This document shows positions 1 through 7,396 of a stretch of 37,653 nucleotides of DNA, piece by piece (position 1 is the stretch's first letter; each line of letters opens with the position of its first letter). A program made the translations under genes and the position numbers. Source of the stretch: a virus (lineage: Duplodnaviria; Caudoviricetes); the IMG/VR virus record IMGVR_UViG_3300045801_000024, positions 1 through 37,653 of that record, one strand, 5' to 3'. The notes beneath the pieces are model-generated. The model made no database searches. It was not told where the DNA came from and saw only the letters and a list, made by a program, of their open reading frames with translations.

Positions 1-126
1 CAAAAATGGGAGGTCTTGTGACAATCAAGATTGAAACAGCGTGTTAGTATTCATAGTGGCTTGGCTTTCCTTCGGGATTGGCAACTGGGGCAATTACCTT
101 TTTAATTACGCAGAGCACCCAAGTTG
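1..126. repeat. Terminal direct repeat, copy 1 (circular assembly overlap)
   Basis: 1-126 is identical to 37506-37631; the sequences diverge at 127 vs 37632. Confidence 0.95.
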
Positions 127-202
127 GATCGATCTCTTCATTGGCTTGCCGTATTTTTTATTGCTCGGTCCCATCTCCACCATCAAGAAAGTACTTCAAT
201 GA
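41..202 (+). CDS. Small hydrophobic/membrane protein, 53 aa (not in ORF track)
   Basis: GTG41..TGA202 reads MLVFIVAWLSFGIGNWGNYLFNYAEHPSWIDLFIGLPYFLLLGPISTIKKVLQ. Overlaps the RusA-like stop across the circle junction and has an ATGA overlap with the next gene. Confidence 0.55.
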   Translation: MLVFIVAWLSFGIGNWGNYLFNYAEHPSWIDLFIGLPYFLLLGPISTIKKVLQ

Positions 203-1569
203 ACGGAATTATTCTTCTCCCCTCCCTCAATCGTGTTGAATTGTTAAAGCGTTTCTTTAAGTCCTATGAGGCAACCGATAGTGAACTCCCAGGTTTGCTC
301 CTGATTGACAAAGGGGATTACCTCTCAAAGCAAGCCGAATACCAGGCTCTTCCGCTACCTAAAAACTGGAAGTTGGTGGAGACGGCGGGTGTTTCAATGG
401 CAGAAAAATGTAACGAAATCTGGGATCAGTTCATCGAAAAAGAGTTTGTGATTCTTCTTAACGATGACCATGTCCTTGAGACAAAGCATTGGGACCGCGT
501 GATAGCCTCCCAGATCAACGGGACCAATGTCATTGGCACCAATGATGGGTGGCAGGCTCCCAAGCGAATCTGCGGGGCCACAGCGTGGTCCTGCAAAGTT
601 TTAAAGACCATTGGCTGGATGTTTGTCCCTGGGACCAAGCATCTCTTCATTGACACGGCATGGGAATTTCTTGCAGGTAAGTCCGGAGCTCTGAGAATCC
701 TGATGGATGTAATGGTGCGTCACGACCATGCATTTGTTAATGGTAAGAAGGATTCCACTCATGAGCAGGTTTATCCTCAGGGTTGGGAGAATGGTCCCGA
801 TGCTCAAGCGTTTAACGCATGGACACAAAAACAGGCTCAAAAAGATCTAGAGAAGCTGATCGCCCTTCAGCCAAAACAAGGATTAATGATTGCGACACCT
901 AGCCATGACGGTTCCTGTACTTTGGACTATGCTCTGGGCCTTACTGATCTCGCTATTTTTCTTACCCAACATAATGTGTACTTCGAAATGGCGCGAGTTG
1001 TTGGCTCTAGCCTTATTCCTCATGCTCGTAACTCTCTTGTGGATATGTTCCTAAAGTCCAAGTGCCAGAAGATGCTCTTTGTTGACGCTGACCAAGGCTT
1101 CAATAAAGAAGCAGTGCTCGCACTCTTTCAAAGCAATCGCCGAATCATTGGTGGCGTCACACCTCACAAACGCTATCCCATCAATCTCAACTTTGATCCT
1201 CTAGATGAAGAGCGCCATTACTTTAAAGACCACAACAACAAGTCGGTTGAAGAATTCCAGAATTTCATCAATGAGAAGGCAGATAAGCAATCAGGTGAGA
1301 TTGAAGTTGCAAAGACCGGCACTGGATTTCTAATGATTGATCGCTCAGTTTTTGAGCTTATGAAAGACCAAGTCGAGCATTATAAGCCCTTTGATAACTC
1401 CGATGCAGAGCCTCACGGGGAATATTTTAAAATGGGTGCTCAAGATGGGCTCTTTCGAGGGGAAGACTGGGCTTTTATGATCCTTGCCAAAAAGCTTCAC
1501 ATCCCGATCTTTATCTCTGCACGCTCCCTTGTCACTCACCGAGGCCACCACACATGGGGAGTCGGCTAG
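199..1569 (+). CDS. Two-domain GT-A (GT2-like) glycosyltransferase
   Basis: N-domain has ILLPS..R, ILLNDDHV, FIDT and VRHDH. C-domain has MIATPSHDG, ARNSLV, LFVDADQ (DxD), GTGFLMI, EDWAF and H-x-G. ATG199 (ATGA coupling) preferred over TTG124. Confidence 0.8.
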   Translation: MNGIILLPSLNRVELLKRFFKSYEATDSELPGLLLIDKGDYLSKQAEYQALPLPKNWKLVETAGVSMAEKCNEIWDQFIEKEFVILLNDDHVLETKHWDRVIASQINGTNVIGTNDGWQAPKRICGATAWSCKVLKTIGWMFVPGTKHLFIDTAWEFLAGKSGALRILMDVMVRHDHAFVNGKKDSTHEQVYPQGWENGPDAQAFNAWTQKQAQKDLEKLIALQPKQGLMIATPSHDGSCTLDYALGLTDLAIFLTQHNVYFEMARVVGSSLIPHARNSLVDMFLKSKCQKMLFVDADQGFNKEAVLALFQSNRRIIGGVTPHKRYPINLNFDPLDEERHYFKDHNNKSVEEFQNFINEKADKQSGEIEVAKTGTGFLMIDRSVFELMKDQVEHYKPFDNSDAEPHGEYFKMGAQDGLFRGEDWAFMILAKKLHIPIFISARSLVTHRGHHTWGVG

Positions 1570-2448
1570 GTGGGGTTACAGATCCTAAGCTCTGTCTGGG
1601 GAAAGAAGCATGTTGAGCTTTTTAAGCGCACTGCGATCAAGTCGCTCTCTTGGCCAAAGAACCTCGAGACACTTCAAAACTTAAAAGCCAAATGGAATAT
1701 CTTTGCCGATGAAGAGCATCACCAAGAGATAGTTCAAGCCATGCCCACGGGGATTCATTTTAATCTCAAATCCTCAGTCCTACTTCGTGACTACATCGAC
1801 CAGGTCCAATCTGCATCTATCTGGCAGATCAAGGAATGCTTGAAATCAGGGGATAAGCTCTTGCTAGCACCGCCTGATTCAATCTTTGGAGACGGGACAG
1901 TTCAAGGGCTCTGGACCTTAGGCCGGGATAAGGGCTCTTGCGTCGTGGTCCCTCATCCAAGGGTTCTCCCATCAATTGGCCAAGCCGTTTACGGCGACAA
2001 TTGGTACACAAACGCTGAGCTCGTTTCAATTTCTTTTAGACACCTTCATAAATCCTGGTCAGATGCAGAAGATGGTCATCCCATGCAAAATAGTTTTGTG
2101 GGCGGAGTTGAGTGGACGAAGGTCACATCTCGGCCTTATGACCTATACGCCGTCACCCACAGGCTCCCGACTGTCTATCTCGCAGACTTCACTGATGAAG
2201 ACCTTCAATATTTTAAATCCGCAAGCTCCTTTGGCAATTGGGACCATGTGTGGCCTAGTGACATCCTTGTTCCCAGAGGCAGGCAGCGGTTTTGTGGCTC
2301 AAGTGATGCTTGCTTTGTTGTCGAGATCACAGAGGAAGATAAAAATGTTCCGCCAATTTTAGAAAAAGCACCGACCAAAGGCTTTTGGCGCGAGCATCCT
2401 CATAATAAATCAAACGCTCAGATAACCGCAATATTCCGGGGGGAATGA
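1570..2448 (+). CDS. Putative glycosyltransferase-like / hypothetical protein
   Basis: 292-aa ORF abutting the GT gene; SSVWG start and LLLAPPDSIF at a position resembling the GT-A DxD strand. Family assignment is tentative. Confidence 0.5.
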   Translation: MGLQILSSVWGKKHVELFKRTAIKSLSWPKNLETLQNLKAKWNIFADEEHHQEIVQAMPTGIHFNLKSSVLLRDYIDQVQSASIWQIKECLKSGDKLLLAPPDSIFGDGTVQGLWTLGRDKGSCVVVPHPRVLPSIGQAVYGDNWYTNAELVSISFRHLHKSWSDAEDGHPMQNSFVGGVEWTKVTSRPYDLYAVTHRLPTVYLADFTDEDLQYFKSASSFGNWDHVWPSDILVPRGRQRFCGSSDACFVVEITEEDKNVPPILEKAPTKGFWREHPHNKSNAQITAIFRGE

Positions 2449-2449
2449 A

Positions 2450-2668
2450 ATGCAATGGAACGAAGCAAAACCACCACAGCCTAAGGTCCAGTCGGAGGAA
2501 GACCTAAAGAGCGAGTATAAAGAAATCTGTGCGGCCGCAGGAGATAAGCAGTTTGAGATCTCAAAACTCCAGGCGCAACTCTATCTTTTGAACGAAAAAC
2601 TCTTTAAACTTGCGGAAGTGTTTGAGAAGACTGACAAAAAAGTGAAGGAGACCTTAAGTGCGCCTTAA
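2450..2668 (+). CDS. Hypothetical coiled-coil protein
   Basis: 72-aa ORF with GGGGGA RBS, tightly packed. Confidence 0.65.
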   Translation: MQWNEAKPPQPKVQSEEDLKSEYKEICAAAGDKQFEISKLQAQLYLLNEKLFKLAEVFEKTDKKVKETLSAP

Positions 2669-3026
2669 AAAGCTTTGGTATCATTTAACTAAGTACTGGC
2701 CTAGACCAATTCCAAAAACTGAAGAAGACTTTAAACATCTAAAAGAAGTGCTCATGACTTATTTTGGGGTGGAGGATTCTCAAGTTGGTTGGATCACAGT
2801 CGCAAGCGAGATTCAAAACACGAGAACCAAGTTTTTACGCAAGCCCATTTATCTCTATGCAAACGCGTGCAAAAAGATTGAGATCAATGGCATGTGTGAG
2901 AACCAAAAAAGGCAAGAGGGAGCAAAACTCACAGCCCGGTTAAAAGAGATAGCCGAGAAGGTTGCCAATGAATCAGTGCCAGAAGGGCCACACGATTCTC
3001 AAGAACACGTGCAAGTCGTGTCGTGA
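2658..3026 (+). CDS. Hypothetical protein
   Basis: GTG start after AAGGAG RBS; 122 aa. Confidence 0.7.
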   Translation: MRLKKLWYHLTKYWPRPIPKTEEDFKHLKEVLMTYFGVEDSQVGWITVASEIQNTRTKFLRKPIYLYANACKKIEINGMCENQKRQEGAKLTARLKEIAEKVANESVPEGPHDSQEHVQVVS

Positions 3027-3393
3027 GATTAAAGCTAGATGGGACAATCAGCTTGAATCATCTGGCTTTGTTGATATCGAAGACGGAGAGTTCTTTACTG
3101 ATCATCGATCTGCCCAGGACTTGGCACAACGAAGAGACTTCCAAACGCAGGATGTCTTCGCGGCTACGTGCTCGTATTATGCCTGGGCAAGGTCAAAGCT
3201 CAGTGAAGGTTACTTCACTAGTTACCGGGACCAGCGGATCTGGGAGCTTCACTCCGAAGGATTAAGCCGGAGAAAAATAAGCCCGATCGTAGGTCTTGAA
3301 GGCTCTTGGATCACTAGAAAGATACATAAGATTGAAGAGTACTTGCAAACCGGCTCGGTCTGCTCCATGAGTTGCCAGCTTGCGCTCTTTTAA
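2968..3393 (+). CDS. HTH DNA-binding protein (sigma70 region 4/LuxR-like) with N-terminal Cys/His motif; candidate late transcription regulator
   Basis: C-x3-H...CxxC N-terminus; RDQRIWELHSEGLSRRKISPIVGLEGSWITRKI HTH pattern; GAGAAGG RBS before ATG2968. Confidence 0.6.
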   Translation: MNQCQKGHTILKNTCKSCREIKARWDNQLESSGFVDIEDGEFFTDHRSAQDLAQRRDFQTQDVFAATCSYYAWARSKLSEGYFTSYRDQRIWELHSEGLSRRKISPIVGLEGSWITRKIHKIEEYLQTGSVCSMSCQLALF

Positions 3394-3770
3394 TGCTTTG
3401 CGAGATTGGTCTGCTCACCCTTTTTAATGTCCCCTTTGTGAATCATAACAACCTCAATTAGTCGGTAGCACTTCCAGCCCTTAGTCCCTTCAGTGCAGGT
3501 CATCCGCATAGGCTCAACCGTTACATGGTTTGCGTCGCAGTCTACCGAGGCTTGGCAGATAGTCTTAAACTCATTCATCGCCTCCCTAAGTCCATCAGCC
3601 CTTGCCAAAGATTCACTCGGGGCCTCTCCAACCCCACAAGCCCACAAAATATCCCCGTCTCGCTTCCCTGACTCATCTAGACAAAACCAAGCCTCCTTTG
3701 GCTTTGCCTTATCCTCAGCATGTCCATAAAAAGAACCCACCAAAAGAACCATCAAAATTAGCTTACCCAT
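3390..3770 (-). CDS. Secreted Cys-rich protein (signal peptide; LPP20-like pattern)
   Basis: MGKLILMVLLVGSFYGHA signal; ACGVGEAPSESLARADGLREA; 6 Cys. Confidence 0.6.
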   Translation of the reverse strand: MGKLILMVLLVGSFYGHAEDKAKPKEAWFCLDESGKRDGDILWACGVGEAPSESLARADGLREAMNEFKTICQASVDCDANHVTVEPMRMTCTEGTKGWKCYRLIEVVMIHKGDIKKGEQTNLAKH

Positions 3771-4041
3771 ATCGTTTCTCCTCCTCTGTTTTGACCGGCA
3801 TCCAATTAAAGATCACCCACCGATGAAACGTAAACTCATTGTGGCTTACGATAGTTATCTCAACCGGCTTAGTTAATTCATCGGCTTTTACATGGGGTAA
3901 CATGAGAAGTTTTAGCAAAGATTTGGCGTCTTCTATTGTCTCAGGCCAGCACTGGTCATATGAGAGCATGCCGAACGGAAAAGGATAAGATCCCCTAAAA
4001 ACGGCTCTAAAAAGCTTCCCCTTGCCCACAGACCACCCCAT
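3763..4041 (-). CDS. Hypothetical phage protein
   Basis: 92-aa ORF in leftward operon; G.YPFPF.ML.YD.CWP motif. Confidence 0.65.
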   Translation of the reverse strand: MGWSVGKGKLFRAVFRGSYPFPFGMLSYDQCWPETIEDAKSLLKLLMLPHVKADELTKPVEITIVSHNEFTFHRWVIFNWMPVKTEEEKRYG

Positions 4042-4046
4042 TCTTT

Positions 4047-4277
4047 TTAATTCTCTTCCGACTCCTTAAATACAATTCTCTGAAATGCTAAAATTGTGTG
4101 CTCTTGCATCTTCATCACGCTCACAATCGAATTGAGCCAAGAAATGAGACGCTCAGACTGAAACGAGTTCAAATGGAGCTCACCGTTGTCATTCACATTG
4201 GCCACCAGCATTTTTAAAACATCTGAGAGATACACATCCTCAGCCCGGATCGGGTTTTTCAGGTCAGGCATACGCAC
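4047..4277 (-). CDS. Hypothetical protein
   Basis: ~75-aa ORF with GGAG RBS on the minus strand. Confidence 0.6.
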   Translation of the reverse strand: MRMPDLKNPIRAEDVYLSDVLKMLVANVNDNGELHLNSFQSERLISWLNSIVSVMKMQEHTILAFQRIVFKESEEN

Positions 4278-4280
4278 TCC

Positions 4281-4350
4281 AAAAAATTGGCTTGGCTAGT
4301 CGGAAAAAGGGGCTATCCACACACCCGGTGCCAAAGAACTAGCCAAGCCA
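4281..4350 (-). terminator. Long-loop stem followed by U-tract (terminator/attenuator or processing site)
   Basis: Perfect 13-bp inverted repeat TGGCTTGGCTAGT (4288-4300)/ACTAGCCAAGCCA (4338-4350), followed on the minus strand by ATTTTTT. Confidence 0.55.
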
Positions 4351-4357
4351 TAATTAA

Positions 4358-4675
4358 TTAAACAACTTCTTTGATTGCTGCCAAACTACGCACAGTCGAT
4401 TTGACAGTGAGAATCTCGTAATGGCTCGATTTCATGTACTTAGCCAAAACCTCAGTCCCAAAATCTTGAGCCAAGGCTGCCTTGTCTAGGTCAGACCTAG
4501 TGCGATCCTCGACAAACACCATAAAGTCGCCTGCCTCCAGGGTGGCGTTCATCCCCATGACTTCTTTTACTTGTGATTTCAGGTCTTTTTCCTGCTTCTC
4601 TAGTGCTTTGCGCTGCTCAATGACCTGATTTAGACGCATAACTAAAGTGATTGTGGACTGGCTCTCGGTACGCAT
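4358..4675 (-). CDS. Hypothetical early protein (coiled-coil N-terminus)
   Basis: 105 aa; GGAGGG RBS; first gene of the leftward operon. Confidence 0.75.
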   Translation of the reverse strand: MRTESQSTITLVMRLNQVIEQRKALEKQEKDLKSQVKEVMGMNATLEAGDFMVFVEDRTRSDLDKAALAQDFGTEVLAKYMKSSHYEILTVKSTVRSLAAIKEVV

Positions 4676-4779
4676 TGTAACCCTCCAGCTTAATAGGTTG
4701 TTAAAGCGTGGGCTCTTCGGGTTGACGCCGCTTCGGGAGTTGCTTTAGCCGTGCTAAAGAGTCCTTCGCCCACAACATA

Positions 4780-4808
4780 AGGTTATTCTACATTGAGTGA
4801 ATAATCAA
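4780..4808 (-). promoter_or_regulatory. Putative sigma70 promoter for the leftward operon
   Basis: Minus strand TTGATT (4808-4803) - 17 nt - TAACCT (4785-4780) in the AT-rich divergent intergenic region. Confidence 0.45.
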
Positions 4809-4856
4809 CTATTATTATCTAAATCTTTACATCTATATATATAGCACCAATTCGGG

Positions 4857-5321
4857 ATGGTTGTGGCACAAGAAGCAGAACCGGCCTACCTATTCCGGCC
4901 TTATATTGAATCTGATCTAAACTTTATAAAAAGTTCGTGGGCCAGCTCTTATTACAAAGGAGCTAATTACCAGGACCACCTCAGTCCAGATGAGTTCCAT
5001 TCTAGACACCGACTAATAAGAGACCGAATCCTCTCAAAACCCAACACTGCGATCATTATTTGTGCCTCAAAAGAACTCAATCCAGAGATCATTATGGGAT
5101 GGGTTTTAGTCGAGCGGCCGGAGAAGTCTCCCGGCTTCATCCTCCATTATGTCTATGTAAAACAAGCTTTTAAGAGTGAGGGGATCGCTAGAGAGCTCTT
5201 GAGCCTAGCCCTCCCGCAAACTCCAGTCCTAGTGACTCATCTCACTGAAAAAGCATCCCGAATTATGGCTAATAACAAAATCAAATATTTAAACTTTCAC
5301 TTCACACCACACCTCATTTAA
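4857..5321 (+). CDS. GNAT-family acetyltransferase
   Basis: FRPYIESDLNFI start; IIMGWVL strand; LHYVYVKQAFKSEGIARELL acetyl-CoA-binding motif A. Confidence 0.8.
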   Translation: MVVAQEAEPAYLFRPYIESDLNFIKSSWASSYYKGANYQDHLSPDEFHSRHRLIRDRILSKPNTAIIICASKELNPEIIMGWVLVERPEKSPGFILHYVYVKQAFKSEGIARELLSLALPQTPVLVTHLTEKASRIMANNKIKYLNFHFTPHLI

Positions 5322-5333
5322 GGAGCTGATATA

Positions 5334-5624
5334 ATGAACATTTCAAACCGCAAGCTGATGCTTTTTCGTTGCCACATCGATCCCCAGATTGGGCCAAACC
5401 CCAAACTCGCTTTTCAACTCTCAGACCCATTAAACCAAGCCATAGGACTAGAAGCCGAACTCACCACCATTGGGATCTATGCAAAATGGTATGACAGACG
5501 AAACAAAGACCAAGTGCATGAGCACATCATTCCCTTCACTAACATCCAATCCATCAAACTTGAGCCTGAAACAGCCGAGGTGATTGAACTTAAGCGCAAA
5601 CCCGGACGCCCAGTAGGCACCTAA
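5334..5624 (+). CDS. Hypothetical protein
   Basis: AAGGAG RBS; 96 aa; C-terminal KRKPGRP AT-hook-like tail. Confidence 0.7.
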   Translation: MNISNRKLMLFRCHIDPQIGPNPKLAFQLSDPLNQAIGLEAELTTIGIYAKWYDRRNKDQVHEHIIPFTNIQSIKLEPETAEVIELKRKPGRPVGT

Positions 5625-6110
5625 ATGATTAAAGTCCACTGTGCCCATGACAAACTGGTGAAGCTTAGTGAGCTAAAACCTCACCCTAAAAACCGTAATA
5701 AGCATCCGGCCGAGCAAATCGACCGGCTTGCTGAGGTTATCAAATACCAAGGCATCCGTAGCCCAATCAAAGTCTCCAAGCGCTCGGGTTTTATTACGGC
5801 AGGTCATGGCCGGCTTGAGGCGTTCAAAAAGCTAAAACTTAAAGAAGCTCCCGTTAATTACCAGGACTATGACTCAGAGGAGCAGGAATACGCAGACGTT
5901 CAATCGGACAACGCCATAGCTTCTTGGGCTGAGCTTGATTTGATGGGAATCAACATCGACCTAGCTGAACTGGGTCCTGATTTTGATATCGACCTCCTAG
6001 GTATCAAGAACTTTGTCATGGACGCAGCTGACAAGGGCTTCGACCCAAGCGACACCGAAGAGGAAGACAAAAAGCACAAGGTCTGTCCACGCTGCGGCGA
6101 GGCTTTATAA
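5625..6110 (+). CDS. ParB/Srx-like N-terminal domain protein (terminase-linked type)
   Basis: LSELKPHPKNRNKH, PIKV, ITAGHGRLEA and SDNAIA motifs; C-terminal CPRCG zinc knuckle. Confidence 0.85.
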   Translation: MIKVHCAHDKLVKLSELKPHPKNRNKHPAEQIDRLAEVIKYQGIRSPIKVSKRSGFITAGHGRLEAFKKLKLKEAPVNYQDYDSEEQEYADVQSDNAIASWAELDLMGINIDLAELGPDFDIDLLGIKNFVMDAADKGFDPSDTEEEDKKHKVCPRCGEAL

Positions 6111-6111
6111 A

Positions 6112-7077
6112 GTGAGACTTAATGCTGGTAGTGTAAAGAAATATGGCATCCCTTATCAGGGATCAAAAACTAATGTGATTGACGCCATAGCCAAGTTCTT
6201 TCCAAATGCAGATCACTTTTATGATCTGTTTGGTGGAGGATTCTCAGTAAGTCATTACATACTCGAGCATAGACGTAAATCATTTAAGCACTTCCACTAT
6301 AATGAAATCAGACCAGGCCTTGCACAACTCATAAAAGATGCCATAGCAGGAAAATATAACTACTCAGTCTTTAAGCCCGAATGGATCTCTAGAGAGAAGT
6401 TCTTTAAAGACAAACAATCAAATTGTTATATCAAAATCATTTGGTCTTTTGGCAACAATGGGGAAAGTTACCTCTTTGGAAAAGAATTGGAATCTCACAA
6501 GAGAAGCATGCACCAAGCAGTAGTCTTTGATGAGTTTGATATCTTTATGAAAGATGAATTCGGTTTAAGCGAATGGCCCAATAGACTTGATGTCACTGGC
6601 AAAAGGCTCTATCTTAATCATCACTTAAGAATGTTAAAGCGAGTTGACCTCCAGCAACTCCAGCGACTCGAGCGACTCCAGCGACTCCAGCAACTCGAGC
6701 AACTCGAGCGACTCCAGCAACTCCCGCAACTCCAGCAACTCGAGCGACTCCAGCTAACATCGCTCGATTACCGACAGGTCCAGATACACCCAAGCTCAGT
6801 TATATATTGTGATATCCCTTATAAAGGAACCGCGTCTTATGGCGATGAGTTCAATCATGGGGAATTCTTTGATTGGGCTGCTAGCCAAATGTGCCCGCTC
6901 TTCATTAGTGAATACGCAATTGATGACGATAGGTTCCATCTCTTAAAGAAAATCTCTCATCGCTCAACATTCTCATCTGGCGGGGCCAAGAACATTCCCG
7001 TAGTAGAATGCCTATTTGGCAATAAGCTAGCATATGAAATTATTGAAAGGGCTAGAAATGGCAAGACCACTACTTAA
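6112..7077 (+). CDS. DNA N6-adenine methyltransferase (Dam/D12 class)
   Basis: PYQGSK (motif X), FYDLFGGGFSV (motif I), YNEI, IYCDIPY (DPPY-like motif IV), FISEY; GTG6112 likely start, although the frame is open from 6013. Confidence 0.85.
   Translation: MRLNAGSVKKYGIPYQGSKTNVIDAIAKFFPNADHFYDLFGGGFSVSHYILEHRRKSFKHFHYNEIRPGLAQLIKDAIAGKYNYSVFKPEWISREKFFKDKQSNCYIKIIWSFGNNGESYLFGKELESHKRSMHQAVVFDEFDIFMKDEFGLSEWPNRLDVTGKRLYLNHHLRMLKRVDLQQLQRLERLQRLQQLEQLERLQQLPQLQQLERLQLTSLDYRQVQIHPSSVIYCDIPYKGTASYGDEFNHGEFFDWAASQMCPLFISEYAIDDDRFHLLKKISHRSTFSSGGAKNIPVVECLFGNKLAYEIIERARNGKTTT
6649..6756 (+). repeat. In-frame 9-bp tandem repeat x12 (approx. CTCSAGCRA) encoding L[QE][QR]
   Basis: Units counted directly: LQQ LQR LER LQR LQQ LEQ LER LQQ LPQ LQQ LER LQL. 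Confidence 0.95.
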
Positions 7078-7396
7078 GCTAGATGAATCCCTAATCGAGA
7101 AGCTAGCCTCTATCCATTGCACCATGGAAGAGATTGCCTCTGTGTGTCATTGTTCAGTCGATACTCTAGAGAACCGTTATTCGGATCTCATTAAAAAGGC
7201 TAAAGACAAAGGAAAATCAAGCCTTAGACGCCTTCAATGGGAAGGTGCTCAGAAAGGCCAGGTGGCTATGCTCATCTGGCTTGGCAAACAGCTGCTTGGT
7301 CAAAAGGACATATCACGCATTGAGATGTCTGAGATCCCAGAGGAGCTATTGACCCAAGAAGTCCAGCGTAGGATCAAGCTTGTCTCAGGCCAATGA
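7058..7396 (+). CDS. terS: Terminase small subunit
   Basis: MARP start, HTH (CTMEEIASVCHCSVDTL), AMLIWLGKQLLGQKD motif; directly upstream of TerL. Confidence 0.8.
   Translation: MARPLLKLDESLIEKLASIHCTMEEIASVCHCSVDTLENRYSDLIKKAKDKGKSSLRRLQWEGAQKGQVAMLIWLGKQLLGQKDISRIEMSEIPEELLTQEVQRRIKLVSGQ

Noticed and set aside
57-66. TGGCTTGGCT shared with the stem at 4288
   Set aside because: A single 10-mer match inside a probable small CDS; compatible with chance
1-126. Biological terminal repeat
   Set aside because: It begins inside the RusA-like gene and its length is close to common assembler k-mer overlaps, so it most likely only marks circularity
5625-6110. Plasmid-prophage partition system
   Set aside because: No ParA ATPase, no HTH in the protein and no parS-like repeats; it is the terminase/MTase-linked ParB-like type
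6649-6756. CRISPR array or DGR repeat
   Set aside because: Contiguous 9-bp coding units without spacers; no reverse transcriptase gene and no TR/VR pair seen
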